From IMG/VR virus record IMGVR_UViG_3300033156_000312, positions 18,046 through 82,045 of that record: a stretch of DNA of 64,000 bases; one strand, given 5' to 3'. Made by a program: the position numbers and the translations under genes. Below, one piece after another: positions 8,628-18,341 of the stretch. Every line of letters begins with the position of its first letter. Within the stretch, counting starts at the first letter, position 1. This DNA comes from a virus. Under the pieces are notes generated by a model. That model saw only the letters and a list, made by a program, of their open reading frames with translations, had not been told where the DNA came from and searched no databases.

Positions 8628-10830
8628 TATATACAATAAAAATAGAAAAATTTATTTATTTAAACGTAATAATAGAGGAGAATTAACTGTAGAAATCAAT
8701 AATTCGTTTTTTCCTTATTTCTATACTCCTTGTGTTGAGGGAAACTATAAAGGATATAAAGGCGAATCCTTAAAGAAAGTTATTGTCTCTACACCGAAAG
8801 AAGTCGCTAAAAATAGAACAGATAATAGTTACGAATCTGATATAATTTTTACGAGAAGATATTTAATAGACAAAATAGACGAAATAGAAAAGACTGACAT
8901 TAAATATTGCTTTTTAGATATTGAGGTTCAATCTACAAAAAAGCCAAATGTTCAACGAGCCGAATATCCAATTTCTTGTATCTCGGTATACAATTCTTTG
9001 TATAAAAATATACAAACTTTCTTTTTAGCTGATTATGAAGATGAACCCACTATGCTCAATGAATTTATAGTTTATATGAAAAAAGAATCCTTTGATATAT
9101 GGTTCTCTTGGTATATTCGATTTGACTATCATTATCTATCTAATAGGTATAATAATTTGACGGGTATGACATTCGCAGAAGAAATCAGTCCAATAGGCCA
9201 AGTTAGATACGGAGACAAAGAATTATTCTACCCCGCAGGGATTAGTATAGTTGATTATCTAACTTGGTTCAAAATCATAACTCAAAACAGAGAACGTCAA
9301 TATACTCTCGACCATATCGCAGAGAGACATCTGGGAGCGGGTAAAACTCATACAGAAGTCGATTTCTCAAAGTTATCAGAAGAAGTCAAAGAACGTAATA
9401 GAGAAGATGTTGAAATAATGCAACATTTAGAAGAAAAAAAGAAATTAATTCCCTATTTTGACGAAATCAGACGTTTAGCTAAAGTAGAATGGGAGGATTT
9501 AATATACAATTCGAGAATAATTGACGCACTATTGCTTTCGGAGGCAAAACGACAAAATGTCGTGTTGCCAATGCGTCAGAAAGATGTAGAGAAAGAAGAG
9601 TTTGAGGGGGCATACAGAGAAGCATTTAAGACAGGAGCTTTTTGGAATATAGGAAAATACGACTTGTCTTCGGCATATCCAAACGCTATAATTGACTTTT
9701 GTTTAGACCCAGCAAATATAGAAAATTTAAGTAATAAAGCTCAATTAAATGAAATAGATAATAACAAACTACTCCAAATCGAAAATACTTATTTCAAACA
9801 AAACTCTAATGCATTATTACCTACAGTTGTTAAGAAGTTAATAACTTTAAAAACTGAAATTAAGCAAAAGTTGTCAACAACAAGCACAGAAGATAAAATA
9901 TATAAAGATATAAAAAAGATGTATGATGCTATTAAGGCAGTGGTAAACTCTGCCTATGGAGTTTTTGGTTCACCTTATTTTCGCCTTTTTGACCCAAAAG
10001 TAGCTTCTGCAACGACCTATATAGTAAGGAGTATATTACATCATGTTAAAGATAACTGCGAAAAGGACGGTCATAAAGTTATATATGTAGATACGGATTC
10101 TGTCTTTATTCAAAGTTCAGACAATTTAACAGATTATTTAAATAGACTCATAAAAGAATGGTATAAAACAAAATACAACAAAGAAAATCATGGTATAGAA
10201 TTTGAATACGAAGGACAATTTGAGAAGCTTCTTATTTTAACAAAATGCAGATATAAAGGACATTTAAGAAAACCTAACGGGGATTTAGATATAGAAACTA
10301 AAGGAATTGAAAGTAAACGTAAAGATAGTAATCAATTTATTAAAGAATTTCAAACAGAATTAATAGATAAAATTTTTAATAAAGAAGACAAAGAAAGTAT
10401 ATTTGAATGGATTAAATTACAAGTCGAAAAAGTTAAGAACGCTAAATTGGCAGAAATTTCTTTTCCATGTAAGTTAGGAAGAGACCCCAATTTATATAAG
10501 AATACTCCTATATTCTTACGAGCATTACGCAACACTGAAGGATTTGAAAAGAATGTGGGAGACCCATACTATTATATCTTTATGAAAGGAACAGATGAAA
10601 GCGGTAAAGGGTTAGTATTAGCATTTGATGAGAAAAATGACAAACATATTAACAGAGATAAAATAGATTGGGAACAAATGATTAATCGTAATATTTTGAT
10701 GAAATTAGATAGTATTTTTGAAGCTATGAACTGGGACATTGGGGAAGTTATTGAAATAAAACCCAAAAAGAGAAAAAGACGAAAAAAAACAACTAAAAGA
10801 GAGAAAGATGTCAAAAAAGCAGAAGTCTAA
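8614..10830 (+). CDS. Family B DNA polymerase with 3'-5' exonuclease
   Basis: Exo I DIE, Exo II FD, YDLSSAYP, K...NSAYG, YVDTDS, K.RY, KG.E. Confidence 0.95.
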   Translation: MQLVNIYNKNRKIYLFKRNNRGELTVEINNSFFPYFYTPCVEGNYKGYKGESLKKVIVSTPKEVAKNRTDNSYESDIIFTRRYLIDKIDEIEKTDIKYCFLDIEVQSTKKPNVQRAEYPISCISVYNSLYKNIQTFFLADYEDEPTMLNEFIVYMKKESFDIWFSWYIRFDYHYLSNRYNNLTGMTFAEEISPIGQVRYGDKELFYPAGISIVDYLTWFKIITQNRERQYTLDHIAERHLGAGKTHTEVDFSKLSEEVKERNREDVEIMQHLEEKKKLIPYFDEIRRLAKVEWEDLIYNSRIIDALLLSEAKRQNVVLPMRQKDVEKEEFEGAYREAFKTGAFWNIGKYDLSSAYPNAIIDFCLDPANIENLSNKAQLNEIDNNKLLQIENTYFKQNSNALLPTVVKKLITLKTEIKQKLSTTSTEDKIYKDIKKMYDAIKAVVNSAYGVFGSPYFRLFDPKVASATTYIVRSILHHVKDNCEKDGHKVIYVDTDSVFIQSSDNLTDYLNRLIKEWYKTKYNKENHGIEFEYEGQFEKLLILTKCRYKGHLRKPNGDLDIETKGIESKRKDSNQFIKEFQTELIDKIFNKEDKESIFEWIKLQVEKVKNAKLAEISFPCKLGRDPNLYKNTPIFLRALRNTEGFEKNVGDPYYYIFMKGTDESGKGLVLAFDEKNDKHINRDKIDWEQMINRNILMKLDSIFEAMNWDIGEVIEIKPKKRKRRKKTTKREKDVKKAEV

Positions 10831-11041
10831 ATACTGTCAATGTAAAAAAGCCAGAGTTTCTTATACGAATGAAGAAATTGTTTGTTCAAAATGCTGGAAG
10901 CCCATTAAACTCAAAATCAGAAAAATTTGGACTATTAATCCTCACACTCGTATTAAGGAAAGCGATAAAAAATATAATAGAAAGAGAGCAAAAAGAAAAT
11001 TAAGAAAACAATTGGAGGAAGAGAATGGGTATATTCGATAA
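10808..11041 (+). CDS. Basic Zn-binding hypothetical protein
   Basis: CQC and CSKC; K/R-rich. Confidence 0.5.
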   Translation: MSKKQKSKYCQCKKARVSYTNEEIVCSKCWKPIKLKIRKIWTINPHTRIKESDKKYNRKRAKRKLRKQLEEENGYIR

Positions 11042-11303
11042 TTTAAAGTTTGATAAAAGTCAGAAGGAGTATGATGAGAATTATTTGATAGCATTAGTTA
11101 ATGTTAAAAAATTTGACATCTTCTATACATTAGCTAAAGGTCGCAAAAGATTAGCACAGATAATGAACAATCTTTCGACCAAGAAATACTGTGTGTTAGG
11201 AATACAAATGCTTCAAAATGTGAAAGATGTTGATGAATTGATGAAAGACTTGATAGAAGATAATAAAGATGGCGAAATGAACTTTGGCAAAGACGAAGAA
11301 TAA
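11025..11303 (+). CDS. Hypothetical protein
   Basis: GGAGG SD. Confidence 0.55.
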   Translation: MGIFDNLKFDKSQKEYDENYLIALVNVKKFDIFYTLAKGRKRLAQIMNNLSTKKYCVLGIQMLQNVKDVDELMKDLIEDNKDGEMNFGKDEE

Positions 11304-11316
11304 AAGGAGGTAAATT

Positions 11317-11544
11317 GTGATTACGGGCAAAGATGCAAGAATGGAGATTAAGAAAGCTAAAGAAGTTGTAGATTCAGACGCTACTACGGCAGAAAAGCTT
11401 AAAGCTATTATGAAATCCGTAGAAGTAGTCAGTAAAGTTGCATTAAGTATCAGAACCAGCTTGGTTCGTATAATGGATAAGCTCGGCGTTGATAAGATTC
11501 AGAGTAAGCGACCTGCTGAAGATAAGAAAAAAGAGACGAAATAA
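11317..11544 (+). CDS. Hypothetical helical protein
   Basis: AAGGAGGT SD before GTG; followed by hairpin. Confidence 0.6.
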   Translation: MITGKDARMEIKKAKEVVDSDATTAEKLKAIMKSVEVVSKVALSIRTSLVRIMDKLGVDKIQSKRPAEDKKKETK

Positions 11545-11551
11545 TTTTATT

Positions 11552-11581
11552 GCTGGGAGAGAAAAAGAAATCTCTCCCAGC
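11552..11581 (+). terminator. Intergenic stem-loop, probable intrinsic terminator
   Basis: GCTGGGAGAGA-N8-TCTCTCCCAGC perfect 11-bp stem; weak U tract. Confidence 0.6.
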
Positions 11582-11603
11582 TATATCTCTTAGGAGATAA
11601 AAA

Positions 11604-12233
11604 ATGAAGAAGGTTATCTTCGCTGACCCTCATATTTCTGAAAAGTCAATTACAGAACTTGAAACTATTTTTAAAGAAATAGTAAAACAAGATGGAGATA
11701 TTTTGATTATGCTGGGAGATTATTATGACAAAAAAAGACCCACAGCAAAAGAGATTATTTTTGGAACTAAATGGGCTTACTTTTTTAAACGATTATATAA
11801 AAAAGTTATATTTCTTAGAGGTAATCACGATAAGACCAGAGATACAAGTGCAATAGATTATTTACAATATTTAGGAATAGAAGTTGTAGATGAATACATA
11901 GATGATAATAATATTTATTATGGGCATTATATGACTGACCAATCTACTTATGAATATGGCACTCATGAAAAAAAAGCCAAAGATTTAACAAAGTATCAAT
12001 TAGCGATTTTAGGTCATCAACATACTTACCAAAAGTTAGAACGAAACGTATTACATTTAGGGTCTTGTAGATATGTAAATTTTAATGAAGTCAATGATGA
12101 TTATAAATATATGATGATTATGTTAGATGGACTTAACGGGCAAAGAGTAAAATTGAATACTCCAATTCCGATGAAAGATTTTAATTCTGTAACAGAATTA
12201 AAAGAAGAAATTAAAAAATATGAAAACAAATAA
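11604..12233 (+). CDS. Mre11/SbcD-like nuclease, N-terminal phosphoesterase part
   Basis: ADPH, LGDYYD, GNHD, GH, LGHQH, GS...NFNE; Rad50 partner downstream. Confidence 0.85.
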   Translation: MKKVIFADPHISEKSITELETIFKEIVKQDGDILIMLGDYYDKKRPTAKEIIFGTKWAYFFKRLYKKVIFLRGNHDKTRDTSAIDYLQYLGIEVVDEYIDDNNIYYGHYMTDQSTYEYGTHEKKAKDLTKYQLAILGHQHTYQKLERNVLHLGSCRYVNFNEVNDDYKYMMIMLDGLNGQRVKLNTPIPMKDFNSVTELKEEIKKYENK

Positions 12234-12396
12234 AAAAATCTTAATACAAAAATATATAAAAGAGAACAAATTTATGCACAAAATAGCAAAAGAATTGAAT
12301 TGTTGCACAGCTACCATATTTTATAATTTAAGAGCAAACAAAAATCGGGACTATTGGTATGCTTATTTTACTTATATAATGGAGAATTGGAAATGA
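12220..12396 (+). pseudogene. Internally deleted HNH endonuclease remnant (58 aa ORF)
   Basis: N-half KKILIQKY..KIAKELNCCTATIFYNL resembles the HTH of HNH 7836; C-end NRDYWYAYFTYIM resembles the C-end of HNH 20290 (NRDYWFAYCRYII); no catalytic core. Confidence 0.7.
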
Positions 12397-12650
12397 ATAA
12401 AATCCCTTTAAAATGCAGGTTGATTATAAATTCTTATACTCAATTTAAGAACGAGATAAATCAAATCGCACAATATAAAGATAAGTTCTACGAATTTAAA
12501 CTTAAATTAGAATTGGGCAATACTATCTTAAATAAAGAAGATAAAATCGAAGAAACTAAAAGACATAAATTGATAGACGTGTTAAGAGAAGGAATAGAAA
12601 AAATAAAGGATAAGGATGTTAAAGCTCTTTTAAAGGAGATAATAAAATGA
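12393..12650 (+). CDS. Probable C-terminal (capping/Rad50-binding) part of the Mre11/SbcD-like nuclease
   Basis: ATGA overlap with remnant stop; beta-alpha core plus acidic helical tail; position. Confidence 0.5.
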   Translation: MNKIPLKCRLIINSYTQFKNEINQIAQYKDKFYEFKLKLELGNTILNKEDKIEETKRHKLIDVLREGIEKIKDKDVKALLKEIIK

Positions 12651-12892
12651 TAAACAGTAATCTTGATAAAATTAATTGGTGTGTGAGTTGTTATCCAAAT
12701 ATCGTAGGTAAAGAAAAAAAATTAGTGGGAGAATATATATTATATAATAGATGGGTTAGTAGGAAAGATTTAGGGATAGAACCTATTGTAATGATTAGAT
12801 TGCCTATAATTTGTTCATCAAAAAAAGAGAATATAAAACAATTAAAAAAAATATTTGATAAAGTTAAAAAAATGTGGAAGGAGATAAAATGA
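12647..12892 (+). CDS. Hypothetical protein
   Basis: AAGGAG SD, ATGA overlap. Confidence 0.5.
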   Translation: MINSNLDKINWCVSCYPNIVGKEKKLVGEYILYNRWVSRKDLGIEPIVMIRLPIICSSKKENIKQLKKIFDKVKKMWKEIK

Positions 12893-13068
12893 AAAGAAGA
12901 AAAAAATTAAGAACTTACATTGTAACTTATGAACCAGATGATTGTTATGATTATATTACTGTAAGAGCTTCATCTTTAGAAAGAGCGAAAGAAATAGCTA
13001 TGAAAAAAGAACAGTTAGATGAATATCAAATTGTTGATATAGTGCCCAAAGGCAAATGGAGGAAATAA
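12874..13068 (+). CDS. Hypothetical protein
   Basis: Y.V.Y...V.A.S.E.A...A pattern common in small phage proteins. Confidence 0.5.
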   Translation: MEGDKMKRRKKLRTYIVTYEPDDCYDYITVRASSLERAKEIAMKKEQLDEYQIVDIVPKGKWRK

Positions 13069-13952
13069 AAATGAAAAAGGATAAAAAGCAAAGTATGAAA
13101 AAGAATTGTAAACTATGTAATAATTTATTTATTGCTACAGGCAATAATCACAAATATTGTAAAAATTGCTGTCTTTTAAATAATAAAGAAAAAACTAAAA
13201 TATATAATCAAAAATATAGAAAAGAACATAAAAATCCAAATCCTAAACATAAATTTTGGACAAAGCAAGAAGAAAAATATCTTAAAGAAAATTATGAATG
13301 GGGAAATAAAAAGGAAATATTGTCATATTTAAAAAGAAGTTGGTATTCGATTAATCATCATGCTAAATTTCTAAAAATATGTAGATTTAGGAGAAATAGC
13401 AAAATAAAAAATATATTAGGTAATAACTTTAGTTTTCGTATCAATAATCCTGGTGGACATGTTCGTATTAGTAATCCTTCTTTAGGAGTTTATAATCAAT
13501 TAGCTCATAGATATATTTGGGAAAAATATTATAACAAAAAAATACCTAAAGATTGTTATATTCATCATAAAGATGGCAATCCTCAAAATAATAATATTGA
13601 AAATTTAACTTTAGTCAAAATAACTGAACATTTTAATGTAGAAGCAATTAGACGAATTGCTCAAGAATGTTTTGAAATAGCAGATGCTCATGGATTTTGG
13701 AAAAGAAAAAATGGTAAACCTTATAGAAATGTAGGAGAAGCTTTATGTTTAATAGTTTCTGAAGTTAGCGAAGCATTTGAAAGTTATAGAAAAAATCCAA
13801 AGGATAAAGAACATTTTGTAGAAGAATTGGCTGATGTGTTAATACGATTATTAGATTTTAGTTATGGAATGGGATTACATATTGAAAATGCTTTACGAAA
13901 AAAAATGGAAATAAATAAAAAGAGGCCTTATAAACATGGCAAAAGATTCTAA
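13056..13952 (+). CDS. HNH endonuclease fused to MazG-like NTP pyrophosphohydrolase (start probably 13071)
   Basis: AHRYIWE..IHHKDGNPQNN.IENL, then LIVSEVSEAFE..EELADVLIRLLD..KM.IN..RPYKHGK. Confidence 0.85.
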   Translation: MEEIKMKKDKKQSMKKNCKLCNNLFIATGNNHKYCKNCCLLNNKEKTKIYNQKYRKEHKNPNPKHKFWTKQEEKYLKENYEWGNKKEILSYLKRSWYSINHHAKFLKICRFRRNSKIKNILGNNFSFRINNPGGHVRISNPSLGVYNQLAHRYIWEKYYNKKIPKDCYIHHKDGNPQNNNIENLTLVKITEHFNVEAIRRIAQECFEIADAHGFWKRKNGKPYRNVGEALCLIVSEVSEAFESYRKNPKDKEHFVEELADVLIRLLDFSYGMGLHIENALRKKMEINKKRPYKHGKRF

Positions 13953-14077
13953 CTATTGTAAGTGTAAAGTCCCAAAAGAAGCTACTAAAGAAGAAATGCT
14001 ATATCTTATGGGAGGTATAGTAACTGATATTCGTTTATGTAAGATATGTGGCAAGGAGATAAAAAAGGAGAAATAGA

Positions 14078-14386
14078 ATGGATATATTAATTTATGCACA
14101 ACCAGAAAAAGTAGAACATAAAATGAAAGACAAAGTTTCTTCAGATATTATTTATTGCTATTGGACAGTTTCTATTCACCCTAACTTAAAAACTAAAGTT
14201 GTTAATAAAGTCTATTTTTCTGATGGAAATCATATTTATGCTCAAGGAGATTATATTGGTAATGATTATGAATTTACTGATGATGGAGAAAAGAAAGTTA
14301 TATATTTTGAGCCATTAGAGAGAGTTAATCTTAAACAACCTAAAAAACCCCCTACAAGAGGATGGTGTTATATTAATGTTAATTAG
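14078..14386 (+). CDS. Hypothetical protein (possible PUA/ASCH-like fold)
   Basis: AGGAG SD; YW..VYF..RGW.Y pattern. Confidence 0.5.
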   Translation: MDILIYAQPEKVEHKMKDKVSSDIIYCYWTVSIHPNLKTKVVNKVYFSDGNHIYAQGDYIGNDYEFTDDGEKKVIYFEPLERVNLKQPKKPPTRGWCYINVN

Positions 14387-15836
14387 ACGTATAGTATTAA
14401 AAAATTTTAAATGTTTCATAGAAAAAGACGAATATTTCGAACATTCTGTCTTAATTCGTGGTTCTAATGGGTCAGGTAAGAGCACCTTAGCTCTTCAGAG
14501 CATACTTTTTGCATTATACGGGTATTCTCTTTCGGAAACATTAAAAGACTTACCTACACGAAATATAGCGAAATCTTGCTCTGTTGAAATAGAATTTAAG
14601 CATAATAATAAATATTATAGAATTCTTCGGTTATATCCATCCAAGTTGACGATTTTTGAGAATAATAAGCAATTACAATTTACTACTTTAACAGAAGCTC
14701 AAGATTTCATCAATCTTACTTTTGGAGACCGTCTTAATTTTATGAAATTTCGTATAGTGGATGCTTATTCTAAAGATACTAATTTTTTAGATGAAGGGCC
14801 GACAACTCTAAAACAGATTATATTTTCTGCTTCTGAAGATACATTTAATAATATAAGAAAAAAACTCTTACAAATTAAAACAGAGAGAGAAATCTACAGT
14901 AAAAACAGAGCAATAATATATACTCATTATCCCTCCACAAAACGCTTACAACTTATATGTAGTAAATTAGAAGAATTAGAAAAACAAGATAGAGAGTTAA
15001 GAAAGACGATTAGAGATATTGAGATTGGGTTAAACACTGCACAGAGAGAAATTGGAAGATTAGAAGGAGAAAAACAAACTTTAAAGTATAAACGAGATAA
15101 GATGTTATCAAATACTAAATGTTATGCTTGTGGTCAAGCTATTTCAGAAAGTCATCAAAAATCGTTACTTTCCGAAATAGGAGCTCGCACTAAAAAAATC
15201 AATAATCGCATAGGTCATCAGACTACAGAAATTGAATTTTTGAATGATATTATAGGTCAGCATAAAAGAGTTAAAGATAATATAGAGGTAGAAATGGTTG
15301 TTTTAAGAGACTTAAAATTGAAACTTCAAACTCGCATGAAGCAAAGTGATTATAAATATACAGAAAAAGATATATTAATAGTAAAAAGAGCTATACAAGA
15401 AATAGATAGACTGTCTACTTATTATTTAACTGAAAGCGTTAAAATATTAGAACCAATTATAAATGATGTATTAGCAAAAATTAATTTTCAAGTTCGATTT
15501 GAAATAGATGATAAAAATAAATTCAGAATCACTCTACAAAAAGATGAAGTAGAATACAAATACAAAGATTTATCAACGGGACAAAAACTTATATTACAAA
15601 TCGCTTTCAAACTCGCTATATTATTGGAACGAGGAGAGACAGGTCTGATAGTGGCAGATGAAGGGATGTCCTCACTTGACAGAGAAAATCTTGAGCATAT
15701 ATTAGGATTATTTCACAATTTACCTTTTCAATTATTTCTTGTCATCCATCGACTGGATGATATACCTTCTTTTATAAAAGTGATAGATTTGGACAAGGAG
15801 GAAATCAATGATAATAAGAAATCGAATAAAATGTAA
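14376..15836 (+). CDS. Rad50/SbcC-like SMC ATPase
   Basis: LKNFK, Walker A GSNGSGKS, coiled coil with CYAC hook, LSTGQ signature, Walker B IVADE, H-loop. Confidence 0.92.
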   Translation: MLIRRIVLKNFKCFIEKDEYFEHSVLIRGSNGSGKSTLALQSILFALYGYSLSETLKDLPTRNIAKSCSVEIEFKHNNKYYRILRLYPSKLTIFENNKQLQFTTLTEAQDFINLTFGDRLNFMKFRIVDAYSKDTNFLDEGPTTLKQIIFSASEDTFNNIRKKLLQIKTEREIYSKNRAIIYTHYPSTKRLQLICSKLEELEKQDRELRKTIRDIEIGLNTAQREIGRLEGEKQTLKYKRDKMLSNTKCYACGQAISESHQKSLLSEIGARTKKINNRIGHQTTEIEFLNDIIGQHKRVKDNIEVEMVVLRDLKLKLQTRMKQSDYKYTEKDILIVKRAIQEIDRLSTYYLTESVKILEPIINDVLAKINFQVRFEIDDKNKFRITLQKDEVEYKYKDLSTGQKLILQIAFKLAILLERGETGLIVADEGMSSLDRENLEHILGLFHNLPFQLFLVIHRLDDIPSFIKVIDLDKEEINDNKKSNKM

Positions 15837-15981
15837 GCACTGTGGAAGTATAATCGAAAGTAAATATAGACATGACTTTAGAACTTGTAAGTGCAGAAAA
15901 GTCAGTATAGATGGTGGAAAAGATTACCTTCGCAGAATAGGAAAACCCGAAGATTACGAAGACCTCAGTGAAACGGAGTAA
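15808..15981 (+). CDS. Small Zn-binding protein (57 aa, not in ORF track)
   Basis: AGGAGG SD; CKHC..ES..RHDF..CKC..IDGG..YLRR. Confidence 0.7.
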   Translation: MIIRNRIKCKHCGSIIESKYRHDFRTCKCRKVSIDGGKDYLRRIGKPEDYEDLSETE

Positions 15982-15984
15982 TCA

Positions 15985-16266
15985 ATGACAGTAGCATTTG
16001 ATGTAGATGGCACATTAATATATCCCGAAGGAGTCCCTGGTCATGAACCAGATACTCCTCGATATGAAGTAATACAATTATTTCATTTATTTGAAAGATT
16101 TGGATGCACTATGATTATTTGGTCAGGGGGAGGAATTGATTACGCTGAAAGATGGGCAGGTAAATTAGGATTACAGGCCGTCATAGCTGAAAAAGGAAAT
16201 GTAAAAGCTGATATAGTAATTGATGATGAAATTGTAAATTTAGGAAAAGTAAATTTGGAGGTGTAG
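15985..16266 (+). CDS. Minimal HAD-superfamily phosphatase
   Basis: FDVDGTL motif I, WSG motif II, K..D..IDD motif IV. Confidence 0.75.
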   Translation: MTVAFDVDGTLIYPEGVPGHEPDTPRYEVIQLFHLFERFGCTMIIWSGGGIDYAERWAGKLGLQAVIAEKGNVKADIVIDDEIVNLGKVNLEV

Positions 16267-16542
16267 ATAAATGATTAAAAAATTGAAAGAAATCTATTTA
16301 ATAGTAAAAGCTATATTTTTATGGTCAATTTTTACTTTTTTGATGTTAATAGAATGGATGATAAATAAACTATTTGAGAGGTAAAAAATGTGGATTAAAT
16401 TTGATGGAAAATCAAATAAAGTAGAGCTTGCACATTCTTCATGGGATAGCTCCCGAATATTTACTCTTGAAGGTTGGGTGCATATTGTAGAAACATATGA
16501 TAGACTGTATATAGACGGAGAAGACGCAGAGGAGATAAAATA

Positions 16543-16827
16543 ATGTATGGTAAAATAGTTACTTGGCTCTATAAAAAACATGCTGAAAAAACAATGAAAC
16601 AAGCACAGAAACTAAATGAAAAACGCAAAGACGCTGAAAGACAACAAGTGCTTGAACAAATGAGACAACTTTATAGTTTCGTTCAGTTTCTTAATAGACA
16701 GTTTGTAAATCGTAAAGAAAAGAAGAGTTTTTGGCTATCAGTTGCGAAGAATGAAAACGTAATGGAAAATACGATAAAAAAGTTAATCAAAAGAATGAAA
16801 GAATCTAAAAATGACAAAAACGCCTAA
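16543..16827 (+). CDS. Hypothetical helical protein
   Basis: AGGAG SD. Confidence 0.55.
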   Translation: MYGKIVTWLYKKHAEKTMKQAQKLNEKRKDAERQQVLEQMRQLYSFVQFLNRQFVNRKEKKSFWLSVAKNENVMENTIKKLIKRMKESKNDKNA

Positions 16828-16962
16828 AGATGTTCAAACCTTTTTTTGTATGTATTGTGGACATATTTGGCAATTAATTTGCAGAGACAGATTTATTACA
16901 GATGATGAATTTAAAGAATGGATAGAAAACGTCAAAAAAGAACATGAGGAAAATTGCGACAA

Positions 16963-17334
16963 ATGATTTTGTATCACCCATCAGACCGAAAATTCAATAT
17001 TGTAAAAGTAAAATATTTTGGAGAACATTATTATACTTTAAATGACATGAAAATATCTCCAGTTCCTCGAACTTTTTGGTATAACGAATTACCGATTTCA
17101 GAAAATAGATTTAAATCATCTCAATTTATTTATGTAGCAAAAGTGAATAAAAAACGGATTTATGATTTAAGAAAAGATAAAAATAACTTATTAGAGAAAT
17201 TTAGATATAGAGGATTACATGGGCTTTTATTATATTTGAAGAAAAGGTATTTAGGTGTTATATATCAAGTGCAAGAATTTAATTTAGTCGCAATTTTTAA
17301 AGATATAAAACCTATAAGGAGAATAGAAAAATGA
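16963..17334 (+). CDS. Hypothetical protein, possible ADP-ribosyltransferase-like fold
   Basis: LYHPS..YFG..PRTFWY..E..Y....IYDL pattern. Confidence 0.35.
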   Translation: MILYHPSDRKFNIVKVKYFGEHYYTLNDMKISPVPRTFWYNELPISENRFKSSQFIYVAKVNKKRIYDLRKDKNNLLEKFRYRGLHGLLLYLKKRYLGVIYQVQEFNLVAIFKDIKPIRRIEK

Positions 17335-18341
17335 AAAATATTGTTTATGCCCCAGGAGTTTTCGATATGCTTCATATTGGACATATTCAATATCTTCAAA
17401 AAGCAAAAACTCAAGGAGATTATTTAATTGTAGGAGTGCAAAGTGATAAAGGTGTAGAATCTATGAAAGGAACGAAACCTATTCTATCTGAGAATATAAG
17501 AATGCAAACAATAAAAGCTTTAGAATGTGTAGATGATGCTTTTATATATGAAGATACTAATTATATATACCATGCAAAAAGAGCAAATGCTAAAATATTT
17601 TGTTTATCTACTCAACATAAAGAAGCTGAACGTTTTAAAGAATTAGTCAAATATATGAGAGACATAGGAGGGAAAATAGTATATATCTCTCATATGAAAG
17701 GTATATCTTCTACTGCGATTAAAGATAAAGTTAAAAATGAATGGAAATCTGTTTGGGAAAGAGTCGCCTCTTCTGATAAAAATGATATAGAAGTAAATGG
17801 AGGATATAATCAAATAGGAGAAAAAAATGCTGTTAAATTAGCATTATACTTAACTGATAAATTTGCAATTAGACAAGAAGATAAAGTTTTAGATTATGGG
17901 TGTGGAAGTGGAATTATTTTACAGAAATTAAGATGTCAAAAATATGGTATAGATATATCTCCCAGCATGATAGAAAGAGCTATCAAAAATAATCCATCTG
18001 GACTTTTTGCTGTTGGAGATGATATAATAATGAGAGGACATTATAATTATATTATTTGTCATGGCACTGTTCAATATTTCTCTAATACTGTTTACGCTTC
18101 TCATATTTTTTTAGAGATGAAGCGTTATGCAGACTGTGTAATTATTTGTGATATTCCTGACGAAGCAAAAAAAGAACAACGAGAGAGGTATAGAAGAGAA
18201 CGAGGAATGAATTCTTATCCCCCTCATTTATATTATTCTCGTGAGTTTTTTAGAAATTTAGATTTTGAAACTTTTGACAATGAAATATCGATAACAAATA
18301 ATAAAAATTACGGTTTTTATGCAGTGTGGAGACGAAAATGA
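17331..18341 (+). CDS. TagD-like cytidylyltransferase fused to class I SAM methyltransferase
   Basis: GVFDMLHIGH, LIVGVQSD, ISSTAIK; VLDYGCGSG, GIDIS..MI. Confidence 0.88.
   Translation: MKNIVYAPGVFDMLHIGHIQYLQKAKTQGDYLIVGVQSDKGVESMKGTKPILSENIRMQTIKALECVDDAFIYEDTNYIYHAKRANAKIFCLSTQHKEAERFKELVKYMRDIGGKIVYISHMKGISSTAIKDKVKNEWKSVWERVASSDKNDIEVNGGYNQIGEKNAVKLALYLTDKFAIRQEDKVLDYGCGSGIILQKLRCQKYGIDISPSMIERAIKNNPSGLFAVGDDIIMRGHYNYIICHGTVQYFSNTVYASHIFLEMKRYADCVIICDIPDEAKKEQRERYRRERGMNSYPPHLYYSREFFRNLDFETFDNEISITNNKNYGFYAVWRRK

Noticed and set aside
12220-12396. Group I intron or intein in the Mre11 gene
   Set aside because: Insert is entirely an AT-rich ORF with no visible P/Q/R/S core and no intein terminal residues
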